Positions 26,854-36,326 of a DNA stretch of 41,697 nucleotides are shown piece by piece (the stretch's first letter is position 1; the number at the start of each line of letters is the position of its first letter). The notes beneath the pieces were generated by a model. It was not told the DNA's origin. It saw nothing but the letters and a program-made list of their open reading frames with translations, and made no database searches. The stretch is from IMG/VR virus record IMGVR_UViG_3300020045_004948, positions 1 through 41,697 of that record; one strand, given 5' to 3'. This DNA comes from a virus. Taxonomy: Duplodnaviria > Caudoviricetes. The position numbers and the translations under genes are program-made.

Positions 26854-26980
26854 GTATGATTTTATTCTTATTTAGTTATAATTATGGTTAAATTAGTCCA
26901 AAGCAGAGGATTATTCCGAAAATTGGCTTTTACAACATATATACAAGATTAACTGCAAAAAGTTGTAATTTTATAAATAA

Positions 26981-27188
26981 CTGTAGGTATTTATATCATA
27001 ATATTTATCTTCTGATGGCATCTATTTACAGATAGAGAAGTAAAAGCCATCATTTAAAGCTTTTTGTAAATCCCATTTCTACTTTGGTCGGTCGGTGGGA
27101 TTTATTAAGAGCTTGTAGAATAGACCGACCGCAACTATTCAATCAAAAACAATCCCTTAAATTTAATCATAGCGGTATCGAAAGGTAC
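26981..27188 (+). promoter_or_regulatory. Structured RNA leader of the replication operon
   Basis: 21-position stem 27057-27114; GGTCGGTC/GACCGACC and TGATGGC/GCCATCA complements; GAAA-loop hairpin over the RBS. Confidence 0.55.
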
Positions 27189-27191
27189 AAA

Positions 27192-27422
27192 ATGAGTCAA
27201 ACTCAACAACAAAGAGTATTAAATTACTTAAAACAAAACGGAAGTATAAACCCGCTTGTTTCTCTAATTGAATTATCTGTATATAGATTATCAGATACTA
27301 TTTTTAAATTAAGAGAAAATCACAACATAGAAACTAAAATGACTAAGACTACTAATAGATTTAGTGAGCCAGTTAGTTATGCAACTTATATTTATAAAGG
27401 TGAAAAGAATGGCGAAAAATAA
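27192..27422 (+). CDS. Winged HTH protein (HTH_39-like)
   Basis: TQQQRVLNYLKQNGSINP...YRLSDTIFKLR; AAAGGT RBS favours ATG 27192. Confidence 0.75.
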   Translation: MSQTQQQRVLNYLKQNGSINPLVSLIELSVYRLSDTIFKLRENHNIETKMTKTTNRFSEPVSYATYIYKGEKNGEK

Positions 27423-27627
27423 TTTTACACATACTGCTACAATAGTAGGGGTAGCATACAATAGAGGTAGAAAATACAAAGTAAATATAAGATACTTAAA
27501 TAGCTATATAGTAGATGAACATAGAACTAAATACAAAAGAGAGACTGGAAATATTATAGGCGAAAGATTTGCCATATGGAGATTGGATTTAGAAAGTATA
27601 AAAGAAATAGAGGTTACAAATGGCTGA
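27409..27627 (+). CDS. Hypothetical protein
   Basis: AAGGTG RBS before ATG 27409. Confidence 0.65.
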   Translation: MAKNNFTHTATIVGVAYNRGRKYKVNIRYLNSYIVDEHRTKYKRETGNIIGERFAIWRLDLESIKEIEVTNG

Positions 27628-28342
27628 GAGAAGAATGTTTGCAAAAAGTATTATAGACAGCGATGCTTTTCTTGATATGCCATTATCTACACAAGCCTTA
27701 TACTTTCATTTATCAATGAGGGCAGATGATGAGGGATTTGTAAATAATCCTAAAAGATTAATAAGATTTGTTGGTGCTGCAGATGATGAAATAAAAGTTT
27801 TATTAGCTAAAAAATTTATACTTTCTTTTGATAGTGGCGTAATTGTAATTAAACATTGGAAAATACATAATTACATTCAAAAAGATAGATTTAAAGAAAC
27901 TAACTATCACGATGAAAAGGCACTTTTATCTGTAAATGAAAATAATTCATATTCTATGGATACAAATTGTGTACACGATGTACGCCTAGGTAAGGTAAGG
28001 TTAGAGCTAGGTAAGGTAAGTAAAGAAGATATATATCCTTTTGCTGAAATAGTTAATTATCTAAATCTAAAAGCAAATACAAAATATAAATCTAGTAGTA
28101 GCAAAACTAAAGATTTAATAAAAGCTAGATTTAATGATGGATTTAATTTTGAAGATTTTAAAATAGTAATTGATAAAAAAACTGCTGAATGGTTAAAAGA
28201 TAAAAAAATGAGTGCATATCTAAGACCTGAAACATTGTTTAGCAATAAGTTTGAAGGATATTTAAATCAAGTAGTAGCTAAAAGTACTTTGGATTTAAGT
28301 GGAAAAACTTACGATATTAGTCGTGATGATGAGGAATTTTAA
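27620..28342 (+). CDS. Replisome organizer / replication initiator
   Basis: MAERRMFAKSIIDSDAFLDMP N-terminus; YLRPETLFSNKFEGYLNQ conserved phage C-terminal domain. Confidence 0.9.
   Translation: MAERRMFAKSIIDSDAFLDMPLSTQALYFHLSMRADDEGFVNNPKRLIRFVGAADDEIKVLLAKKFILSFDSGVIVIKHWKIHNYIQKDRFKETNYHDEKALLSVNENNSYSMDTNCVHDVRLGKVRLELGKVSKEDIYPFAEIVNYLNLKANTKYKSSSSKTKDLIKARFNDGFNFEDFKIVIDKKTAEWLKDKKMSAYLRPETLFSNKFEGYLNQVVAKSTLDLSGKTYDISRDDEEF
27986..28020 (+). repeat. Direct repeats, candidate origin iterons
   Basis: CTAGGTAAGGTAAG at 27986 and 28007 (21-bp period) in the initiator linker. Confidence 0.6.
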
Positions 28343-28986
28343 TGCAAGATATTAAACGGCTAATAACACCAATTACAAACGAACAAAAAGAACTTGATAG
28401 ATTAGAAAAAGAAAAACAAGAAAATGAATTTAAAAGCACTAGAATAACTAACATTTTAGAGTTTGCAAATATTCCAAAGAGATATGAAAATGCAAAACCC
28501 GAACCAATAAATGATTATCAAGTCAAATTAGTTGATAAAATGAAAAATTGTTTTAGTAAAAAGCAAGTAAATGAAATGTCAGATTTATTAATCCTTGGAA
28601 GTGTTGGAACTGGAAAAACTCATTTATCAATCGGACTTATTAATAATATCATACATAAAGCACTCATATATTGCCGATATGTGACAGAATTTGAATTATT
28701 GGAACTTTATACACAAAAAAAGTTTGACTCGTTTAATGGCTTTAAAAAGGTTGATATACTTGTATTAGATGAAATTGGAAAAAGAGAGTTGCAGGACTGG
28801 CAAAAAATACAATTAGAAGAATTAATTAGTTATCGATACAATGAGCTACTTCCAACTATTTATATTTCTAATTTAGAAACAGATGAATTTAAGCAATTTT
28901 TAGGTGATAGAGTAACGGATAGATTAAAAGATAATAAAATTAGTAGAGTAACTTTAAATAGTGAAAGCTTAAGGGGTAAATTATGA
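28342..28986 (+). CDS. DnaC/IstB-like helicase loader ATPase
   Basis: GSVGTGKT, LVLDEIG, ISN, DRVTDRL. Confidence 0.9.
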   Translation: MQDIKRLITPITNEQKELDRLEKEKQENEFKSTRITNILEFANIPKRYENAKPEPINDYQVKLVDKMKNCFSKKQVNEMSDLLILGSVGTGKTHLSIGLINNIIHKALIYCRYVTEFELLELYTQKKFDSFNGFKKVDILVLDEIGKRELQDWQKIQLEELISYRYNELLPTIYISNLETDEFKQFLGDRVTDRLKDNKISRVTLNSESLRGKL

Positions 28987-29432
28987 CACTATTAACAAAC
29001 TGTATTTCTATTTCAGATTTAGCAGAAGTAAAAGGAAAAACAAAAAACACTTTTTATTCAAATGTAAATAAAAGACCATATATTAACAATTTAGGTTCAT
29101 TTGCATATATGAATAAAGATAATTTAGCTGACGAGGATAAATCATACGGATTAAAATGTATTGATTTATCAAGCTATATGCCTTTTGTTCCTTTATGTAA
29201 AGAACTTGGATTAAGCGATTCTTATTTATTTGTAAATGAAAGACTTGGTAAAGAATACGATTGCATTAAATTATCTAGTAATAGAGCTAGGTTATTTAAA
29301 CTATCAGATGAGTTTATAAAACTTGTAAAACAAAATAAAGTTCCATTTGCAATTACAAAGCAAAACAAAGAAGATGAAAAACTTGCAGAAATAGTAATTT
29401 TTATGCAAGGTATCAAGATAGGATTTTATTAA
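28983..29432 (+). CDS. Hypothetical protein
   Basis: Translationally coupled ORF. Confidence 0.7.
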   Translation: MTLLTNCISISDLAEVKGKTKNTFYSNVNKRPYINNLGSFAYMNKDNLADEDKSYGLKCIDLSSYMPFVPLCKELGLSDSYLFVNERLGKEYDCIKLSSNRARLFKLSDEFIKLVKQNKVPFAITKQNKEDEKLAEIVIFMQGIKIGFY

Positions 29433-29914
29433 TGAAACTATGTAAAATATGTAACAAAGAAATAACCAATCCAAAAAGATGGATTTATTGTAGCGATGAA
29501 TGTGTATTAGAAGGAAGAAAATTAGCAAATGATATTTTAAAGAATATTCAAAAACAAAAATATAATAAAGCTAAAGAAAATTGGAAATATGAAGTATTGG
29601 AAATAGAAAAAGTAAAGCATAATAAAAGTATTCCAATTAATAAACTTGGAGTTACAAATTCAGTAAGTACGCATTTAAAATTATTACTTAGAGAATATAA
29701 CTTGACAATCAAAAAAGATATTAAGATTAAAAGAAGTGATGGAGTAATTAAAAGATATTCGTTTGTTGTAGTTACACCTAAAATGATTGAAACTATGTTT
29801 TATAAAAGGTATGAAATATACAAGCAAAATTTTAGATTGGATTCACTAAAATCGGTTAAGACTTTGGAAAAAGTTTTTAATATTGTAAATGATTGTCACA
29901 CAAAGGATATTTAA
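29432..29914 (+). CDS. Zinc-finger-like hypothetical protein
   Basis: CKIC...YCSDEC. Confidence 0.65.
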   Translation: MKLCKICNKEITNPKRWIYCSDECVLEGRKLANDILKNIQKQKYNKAKENWKYEVLEIEKVKHNKSIPINKLGVTNSVSTHLKLLLREYNLTIKKDIKIKRSDGVIKRYSFVVVTPKMIETMFYKRYEIYKQNFRLDSLKSVKTLEKVFNIVNDCHTKDI

Positions 29915-30313
29915 ATGAGTAGTTATTATGGATTCTTTGAATTTGACACTAAAAAAAGAGCTAAGTATTCTAAAAAAACAATTGATAAAATAATTAAATT
30001 AAAACAAAGTGGATTATCAGGGAGAAACATTGCTAAAAAATTAGATATACCTTATGGGTCAGTATATTATATTTTAAGAATAAATGGAGAAGTAAATATT
30101 TTTACATCAAGACCTAGCAATAAATACATCAATAGAAGTGAAGCTATGTATATGTATGATATTACTAATAGTCAATTTGATTATCTTAGAGGAAGATACA
30201 AAGATAGAACAGTATTAGTTGGCAATGTAGTATGGGTAGAGAGAGATTTATTTGAAGACCACATTTTAGATAAAGTCGGATATAAAAATAGATATAAAAG
30301 TGAAGAAAAGTAA
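29915..30313 (+). CDS. HTH DNA-binding protein
   Basis: GLSGRNIAKKLDIPYGSVYYIL. Confidence 0.7.
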   Translation: MSSYYGFFEFDTKKRAKYSKKTIDKIIKLKQSGLSGRNIAKKLDIPYGSVYYILRINGEVNIFTSRPSNKYINRSEAMYMYDITNSQFDYLRGRYKDRTVLVGNVVWVERDLFEDHILDKVGYKNRYKSEEK

Positions 30314-30330
30314 CACTAAATAAAAGTTTT
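30306..30330 (+). repeat. 25-bp exact repeat (copy 1; copy 2 at 35095-35119)
   Basis: AAAAGTAACACTAAATAAAAGTTTT, each 46 nt before a -35 box. Confidence 0.85.
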
Positions 30331-30406
30331 TAATAAATTTTGTTTATTTTGTTGCTATGTTTTTAAAATGTTGTTATTATGGGATTAAGAAAAAAAAGGA
30401 GCTAAA

Positions 30407-30526
30407 ATGCAAACTATAAAAATAGATAATGTTGTATGGAAAATACAAGATATAAAAGGAAATATTTATACATTAAAAAATGATAAATATATTATTTCAA
30501 AATTAATGGATGGTATAAAATGTTAA
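30407..30526 (+). CDS. Small hypothetical protein (39 aa)
   Basis: AAGGAG RBS after promoter. Confidence 0.55.
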   Translation: MQTIKIDNVVWKIQDIKGNIYTLKNDKYIISKLMDGIKC

Positions 30527-31668
30527 AAGATATTGAAATTGAAACAAAAAATATAATTACAAAATTGCTTACTTTAGAAAAAGATGAGTTAATTGAAAAC
30601 TTAAATTATATTAGAGAACAATTACATAAAATAAGTCCATTTAAAAATGAACCAGTTGATTTTGTTAAGTGGGTTAAAAATACAAGTGTTGGAGCCAATG
30701 ATTATAATCCTAATACTGTTGCACCTCCTGAAATGGAATTATTAAGATTATCAATTGCAAGTGATGGATATACTCAACCTATTGTTACATGGTCTCATTC
30801 TGAAAGAGTAGAAAATGAAGTAATTGATGGTTTTCATAGACATAGAGTAGGAAAAGAATGTTTAGATATTCAAAATAGAATACATGGTTATCTTCCTATT
30901 GTTGCATTAAGTGAAGATAGAGAAAGTAAAAATGACCGTATGGCTTCAACTGTTAGACATAATAGAGCTAGAGGAAAACATAAAGTTGATGCAATGTCTG
31001 ATATGGTTGTTGAATTGAAAAATAGAAATTGGTCAAATGCTAGAATTTGTAAAGAGCTTGGAATGGATGAAGATGAGGTTTTAAGATTATGTCAAATTAC
31101 TGGATTACAAGATTTATTTAAAGATGAAGATTTTAGTAGGTCATGGGATGCAGTAGAGTGTGATATTGGATTATGGGAAGATTTAACAGATGAAGTAACA
31201 GAAATGGAAAAAGAAAGATTAAATTTAAGAAATACCGTGAATGCTTCATATGATAGAATTTTTCATACTTATGAAAACTGGGAGTGCTACAAAGCTGGAT
31301 TTTTTGCAACAAAAATGAGTAATTTTACAAAAGACCAAGCAGAAGAAGAATTTGCAGATTTTTTAAAAAATGAACATGATTTTGATTTGGCATTATCTGA
31401 ATTAATTTATGAGTGGAAAAATTCTTGTGAGCAAAATTTATCAAATATTGCATTAAATAGAATTGCGTGGCTAGGTCAAGCAGCTGCTTGTTATGCAAGA
31501 GGTATTCCATCAAAATATAGAGCTGGATGGTTTAGATTAACAGCAGAGCAACAAGATAGAGCAAATAATATAGCATTAAAGTATTTAAATGTATGGTTAG
31601 AAAATAATGGAAGAAAATCAATTACAATGGAAGAAGCAAATATCGCAAGACAATCGGAGTTATACTAA
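30520..31668 (+). CDS. IbrB/YbdM-like ParB-N domain protein with extra C-terminal domain
   Basis: ANDYNPNTVAPPEMELL, DGYTQPIV, IDGFHR, STVRHNRARGKH. Confidence 0.88.
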   Translation: MLKDIEIETKNIITKLLTLEKDELIENLNYIREQLHKISPFKNEPVDFVKWVKNTSVGANDYNPNTVAPPEMELLRLSIASDGYTQPIVTWSHSERVENEVIDGFHRHRVGKECLDIQNRIHGYLPIVALSEDRESKNDRMASTVRHNRARGKHKVDAMSDMVVELKNRNWSNARICKELGMDEDEVLRLCQITGLQDLFKDEDFSRSWDAVECDIGLWEDLTDEVTEMEKERLNLRNTVNASYDRIFHTYENWECYKAGFFATKMSNFTKDQAEEEFADFLKNEHDFDLALSELIYEWKNSCEQNLSNIALNRIAWLGQAAACYARGIPSKYRAGWFRLTAEQQDRANNIALKYLNVWLENNGRKSITMEEANIARQSELY

Positions 31669-32873
31669 TGAGAACTAAAAAATATAATGAAATAAATGTT
31701 TTAGATGCTAGTAGAGAAAGAATAAAAAATATATTTGATGGATTTGAAAGTATTTATATTTCTTTTTCAGGAGGTAAAGATAGTTCAGTAATGACACATT
31801 TAGTTTTAGAAGAAGCAAGAAAAAGAAATAGAATAGTTGGATTATTAATTATTGATTTAGAAGCTCAATATACAGATACAATAAATCATATTTTATATAT
31901 GGTAGAAGAATATAAAGATAACATAGATTTACATTGGGTATGTGTTCCATTATTGCTAAGAAATGCTTTAACAAATTATGAACCAAGATGGATTTGTTGG
32001 GATGAAGATAATAAAGATATTTGGGTTAGAAATAAGCCAATACAAGCAAAAGAAAAAAAAGATTATCCATTTTTTATAGACAAAATGGAATTTGAAGAGT
32101 TTATGGTTTTGTTTGGTGAATGGTACGGTAGAGATACTTTAACTGCTGCATTTATTGGAATTAGAGCAGATGAAAGTTTACATAGATACAGAGCAATAAC
32201 ATCATATAAACATGGGAAAACTTATAATAATTATGATTATACTTCTTTGGTAGAAGAAAATTTATATAATATTTATCCTATTTATGATTGGAAAACAGAA
32301 GACATTTGGAGATTTCACGGAAAATATCAACATTTAAAACATAATGAAATTTATGACAAAATGAATATGGCTGGTGTAAAGTTATCACAACAAAGATTAT
32401 GCCAACCATACGGAGACGACCAAAGGCAAGGGCTATGGCTTTATCATATTTTAGAACCTGAAACATGGAGTAAAGTAGTTAATAGAGTTAATGGTGCTAA
32501 TAGTGGAGCTTTGTATATTAAAGAAAATGGAAATATGACTGGATATAATAAAATATCTAAACCTGATGGACATAATTGGGAAAGTTTTGTTAATTTACTT
32601 TTGCAAACATTACCTAAAAAAACTGGATTACATTATAAAGATAGATTTAAAAAGTTTATCAAATCATGGCAAGATAGAGGATATACAAAAATACCTGATG
32701 AAGCTCCTGAAGATTTAGAATCTAAACAATGGGTTCCATCATGGAGAAGAATGGCAAAATGTATTTTAAGAAATGATTATTGGTGTAAAGGATTAGGACA
32801 ATCTCAACCAAAATCAGATGCTTACCAAAAATTTAAATATTTAAAATCTATTGGTTCATTATCTAAAAATTAG
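31668..32873 (+). CDS. IbrA/YbdN-like PAPS reductase + DUF3440 protein
   Basis: SFSGGKDS, GIRADESLHR, YPIYDW, PSWRRMAKCILRNDYWC. Confidence 0.9.
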   Translation: MRTKKYNEINVLDASRERIKNIFDGFESIYISFSGGKDSSVMTHLVLEEARKRNRIVGLLIIDLEAQYTDTINHILYMVEEYKDNIDLHWVCVPLLLRNALTNYEPRWICWDEDNKDIWVRNKPIQAKEKKDYPFFIDKMEFEEFMVLFGEWYGRDTLTAAFIGIRADESLHRYRAITSYKHGKTYNNYDYTSLVEENLYNIYPIYDWKTEDIWRFHGKYQHLKHNEIYDKMNMAGVKLSQQRLCQPYGDDQRQGLWLYHILEPETWSKVVNRVNGANSGALYIKENGNMTGYNKISKPDGHNWESFVNLLLQTLPKKTGLHYKDRFKKFIKSWQDRGYTKIPDEAPEDLESKQWVPSWRRMAKCILRNDYWCKGLGQSQPKSDAYQKFKYLKSIGSLSKN

Positions 32874-32970
32874 TAACTAAAAGTAACAAACAAAAGTTTT
32901 ACCCAACTAATACCAGGTAAAACTTTACAAAATAGTTTAAATTTGCAATAATAAAATAAAAAGGAAAATT

Positions 32971-33141
32971 ATGAGTGATAAAGCAAAAATTATATCAATT
33001 AAGTTTTTAATTGAAAGATATAAAAAAGAAATAGAAGAGTTAAAACATAATGAAATGTTTAATGAAGAATTGAGAGTGCAACTAGCTAAAGGGTTAGAGT
33101 TATATGTATTTGATCTAGAGCTAATAATGGACGCGAAATGA
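32971..33141 (+). CDS. Hypothetical protein (56 aa)
   Basis: AAGGA RBS after TTTACA-17-AATAAT promoter. Confidence 0.6.
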   Translation: MSDKAKIISIKFLIERYKKEIEELKHNEMFNEELRVQLAKGLELYVFDLELIMDAK

Positions 33142-33184
33142 AAGAAGAATCTTTTTATGATGCTATTAAAGATTTAATTAAATA

Positions 33185-33358
33185 GTGGCTAAAAAAGCAA
33201 AAGAACAAAATGTGTACGATTGCAAAGATTGTATAAATTCAATTTACTTAGATGAATTAAATTGCAAGTTAAAAATAGTTGAAGAAAATAAAAAATCTAA
33301 ATCTTCAAAAGCTGATAAAGCTATTGATTGTATTTGGTTTATAAAGAGGAATAAATGA
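33185..33358 (+). CDS. Cys-containing hypothetical protein (57 aa)
   Basis: GTG start, CKDC, ATGA overlap with next gene. Confidence 0.45.
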   Translation: MAKKAKEQNVYDCKDCINSIYLDELNCKLKIVEENKKSKSSKADKAIDCIWFIKRNK

Positions 33359-33567
33359 AATATTATAAAATGAGTGAAAAAAATTGTTTTTTATGTTGTG
33401 ATAATAATGGAATGGCAGAAGATGCCACACCAAATAAACCAGCATTTAAAAAATGCAATCACTTGGTTAGTGTTAATCTTTTAGAATTACAAATATTTGA
33501 ACTTGAATTGCAAATAAAAGCATTTAAAAAAGCAAAAAGATATTCTAAAATAGTAGAAGATGAATAA
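33355..33567 (+). CDS. Hypothetical protein
   Basis: GAGG RBS. Confidence 0.6.
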   Translation: MKYYKMSEKNCFLCCDNNGMAEDATPNKPAFKKCNHLVSVNLLELQIFELELQIKAFKKAKRYSKIVEDE

Positions 33568-33780
33568 ATGAAAAGAAAATTAGAACTAAATCAATGCACT
33601 AAATGTAAAAGAACATACGATTTAAAAGTAGTTAATGCTACTGTTGATACTTGTGCAAGTTGCAATGAAAAAAGAAGAGATAAAGTTAGAGAAAAAGACT
33701 CTTTAAGAAAATCATTAAATCGAAGTGATAATAATTTACCTTGTAGTAATATCGAAAAATTAGGAGAATATTGTGAATGA
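33568..33780 (+). CDS. CxxC hypothetical protein
   Basis: CTKC...CASC. Confidence 0.6.
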   Translation: MKRKLELNQCTKCKRTYDLKVVNATVDTCASCNEKRRDKVREKDSLRKSLNRSDNNLPCSNIEKLGEYCE

Positions 33781-34024
33781 TGAAATCATAATTCATAAAG
33801 ACCAAACAAACATCGAAGACTATTTAAACGACTATGAAGATAAAAACAAATATAAGTGTAAAACTTGTTTATTTATTGGAGCTACTAAAAAGATAGATTA
33901 TATTTGTACAAATAGTTTAAGTTTATATTATGAACTTGATGTGTTTAAGTGCGAGGGCTGTAATTTTTATAAAAAAGAATCTTTAGAATATGAAAATGAA
34001 GATGGAGGATTATTTAATGAATAG
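33773..34024 (+). CDS. CxxC hypothetical protein
   Basis: AGGAG RBS; CKTC, CEGC. Confidence 0.6.
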   Translation: MNDEIIIHKDQTNIEDYLNDYEDKNKYKCKTCLFIGATKKIDYICTNSLSLYYELDVFKCEGCNFYKKESLEYENEDGGLFNE

Positions 34025-34352
34025 AGATGAAGCATTAATAAAATATAATGAAATAGATAAAAGAGTTGGAATAAAACCATTTTGGGAAGTTAGAGATATT
34101 GTAGAAAATGCCTACAATGAATTAGAATTATTACAAAAAGAAAATACAAGACTAAAAAAACAATTATCAAAAGGTCATAATATAGAGTGTAGTTGTTCTT
34201 TTTGTAAGCCAGTAGATTGTAGTTATGTTGATAATAATTTTACATTTACAAGTTGTGATGATTGTAAAAACAAAATAGATGGAACATATCAAGAAGTATG
34301 TAGTAATTGTAAAAGATTTTACGGGTGTTATTTTGAAAAGAAGGATTTATAA
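34017..34352 (+). CDS. Cys-rich hypothetical protein
   Basis: GGAGG RBS favours ATG 34017. Confidence 0.6.
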   Translation: MNRDEALIKYNEIDKRVGIKPFWEVRDIVENAYNELELLQKENTRLKKQLSKGHNIECSCSFCKPVDCSYVDNNFTFTSCDDCKNKIDGTYQEVCSNCKRFYGCYFEKKDL

Positions 34353-34676
34353 ATGTACACCAAAGAACAACAATTACTAAAGATAAAAGCTCCTAAAATT
34401 TCAACCATTGAAAGAGAGTATTTAAATTGGCTACATGAGGAATGCTATGGAAGATGTTTTGTTTGTTATATCCAGCAAGTGGAATGGCATCATGTAAAGT
34501 TTAAAAGCACAGATAAGAAAAATCATAAGAGACTAATTCCTTTATGTGTTGAACACCATAAGGGAAAAATTATAAGTCCACATGGAACACCAAAGCAATG
34601 GAGAGAAACTTTTAGCATGGAACAACAAAATAAATTTGCAGATGAAATTTATAATACTTTCTTGGAGTCAAGATAA
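34353..34676 (+). CDS. HNH/Ref-like nuclease-fold protein
   Basis: CFVC...WHH...IPLCVEHH...H. Confidence 0.65.
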   Translation: MYTKEQQLLKIKAPKISTIEREYLNWLHEECYGRCFVCYIQQVEWHHVKFKSTDKKNHKRLIPLCVEHHKGKIISPHGTPKQWRETFSMEQQNKFADEIYNTFLESR

Positions 34677-35086
34677 TGTATAAAAAAACAGAAGAGTCAA
34701 TTTCTTTAAAAGTCGCAACATTTTTAAAATTACAATATCCAAATATTAATTATAGGTTTGATGTCGGAGCGGATATTAAGCTTACAATGGGTCAAGCTAC
34801 TAAGTTTAAAGCCTTACAAATGAAAAGAAGAGGTTATCCAGACTTATTTATCGCAAAACAATCAAAAGGCTTTAGTGGGCTTTATATTGAAGTTAAAAAA
34901 GATATAAATGAAGTATATTTAAAAGATGGTGTAACTTTAAAAAAAAGAATAAATAAAAAAACTGGAAAATGCCATAATCAAGAACAATTTGAAATGCTCA
35001 AAAGTTTAAATCAAGATGGATATTTAGCCAAATATGGATTTGGATTTGATGACACTATTCAAAAGATTAGAGAGTATTTAGATTAA
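34676..35086 (+). CDS. VRR-NUC-like nuclease
   Basis: RGYPDLFI...GLYIEVK...Q...GY. Confidence 0.75.
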   Translation: MYKKTEESISLKVATFLKLQYPNINYRFDVGADIKLTMGQATKFKALQMKRRGYPDLFIAKQSKGFSGLYIEVKKDINEVYLKDGVTLKKRINKKTGKCHNQEQFEMLKSLNQDGYLAKYGFGFDDTIQKIREYLD

Positions 35087-35198
35087 TTATTACAAAAAGT
35101 AACACTAAATAAAAGTTTTCAACAAATTTAAAGCTAAATATTGCTTTTAGTTTGGAGTTGTTTTATAATGGGATATATCAAAAGAAAAAGGGGATTAA

Positions 35199-35378
35199 AT
35201 GATTAAAATATTAGAAGAAGTAGACAGTTCAAGATTAGAAAAAGCAGTAAATGAGTATATTGATACTTGTGGTTCAAAAATAGAAAGCATACAGTTTACA
35301 TGCGCTTTAAATGAAGATGGAATTATATTGCATTGCTGCATTGTTCACGATTTATCTTTTGTAAATCAATATAAATAA
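35199..35378 (+). CDS. Hypothetical protein (59 aa, not in ORF track)
   Basis: AGGGG RBS after TTGCTT-17-TATAAT promoter. Confidence 0.65.
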   Translation: MIKILEEVDSSRLEKAVNEYIDTCGSKIESIQFTCALNEDGIILHCCIVHDLSFVNQYK

Positions 35379-35390
35379 GAGGTTGATTAA

Positions 35391-35609
35391 ATGGATTGTG
35401 CAGTAGATAACGCATTAAGAAAAAAAGAAGAATCTTTAAAAGGTCAAGAGATTAGTTGGGATTCGTTAATTGAAAAAGTAGCAGATGATTTACAAGAGTT
35501 TGAAGACGAAGTAAAATTGATTTTAAAAGAATCAGATTTATTTGATGGTTACGATTTTAAAGAATCAATGAGAGAAGTTTTGATTGATATAATCAAAGAA
35601 ATTAAGTAA
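35391..35609 (+). CDS. Acidic hypothetical protein
   Basis: GAGGT RBS. Confidence 0.65.
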   Translation: MDCAVDNALRKKEESLKGQEISWDSLIEKVADDLQEFEDEVKLILKESDLFDGYDFKESMREVLIDIIKEIK

Positions 35610-35618
35610 GGGGAAAAT

Positions 35619-36326
35619 ATGGAAAATGTAAAAGATTTAGTAAAAATGGGAGAAAATTTTAAAAAATTATCTACTTTAAATATGAATGCAAAGACAGATA
35701 CTAAGGGAAGTGGAAGAAATGCTTTAAAATATTTATCTTGGTCGGAAGCTTGGGGAGAATTTGTAAAAGTTTATACGGATGCTACATATGAAGTTGTAAA
35801 AAATGAAAATAACTTACCTTATTTTTCTGATGATAGTGGTGCAATGGTTTATGTAAAAGTTACAGCAAATAATTTAACTCACGAAATGTGGTTGCCAGTT
35901 ATGGACGGAGCAAATAAAGCAATGAAAAATAAACCTTATACTTATCAAGTCAATGAATATGTAAGTGGTGCTAAAACTGGAAACATGATTGATAAAAGTG
36001 TTGATTCATTTACAATGTTTGATATAAATAAAACTATTATGAGATGTTTAACTAAGTGTTTAGCAATGTTTGGACTTGGATTATATATTTATAATAATGA
36101 AGATATGCCAGAAGTTGAGCCAGAACAACCAAAACCAATTACTAGCGATATGCTACAACAACTAGAAGAACTAATTAAAAAGATTAAAAAAGATGGAATT
36201 AGAGAAAAGTTTTGTATTGCTTTTGAAATTAAAGATTTAAAAGATATGCCTATGAATAAATTTGCAAGTGCAATAAAAAGACTAAATTTAACAATTGAAG
36301 AGGAGAAAAAAGCAAATGAGCAATAA
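35619..36326 (+). CDS. Sak/DUF1071 single-strand annealing recombinase
   Basis: LKYLSWSEAW, MWLPVMD, INKTIMRCLTKCLAMFGLGLYIY. Confidence 0.88.
   Translation: MENVKDLVKMGENFKKLSTLNMNAKTDTKGSGRNALKYLSWSEAWGEFVKVYTDATYEVVKNENNLPYFSDDSGAMVYVKVTANNLTHEMWLPVMDGANKAMKNKPYTYQVNEYVSGAKTGNMIDKSVDSFTMFDINKTIMRCLTKCLAMFGLGLYIYNNEDMPEVEPEQPKPITSDMLQQLEELIKKIKKDGIREKFCIAFEIKDLKDMPMNKFASAIKRLNLTIEEEKKANEQ

Noticed and set aside
27084-27191. N-terminal extension of the HTH ORF from TTG 27084
   Set aside because: No RBS, overlaps the structured leader, and the HTH domain starts at ATG 27192
29127-29138. GCTGACGAGGAT, identical to 12 nt of the hammerhead
   Set aside because: Inside a CDS, with no downstream GAAA or stems; likely chance
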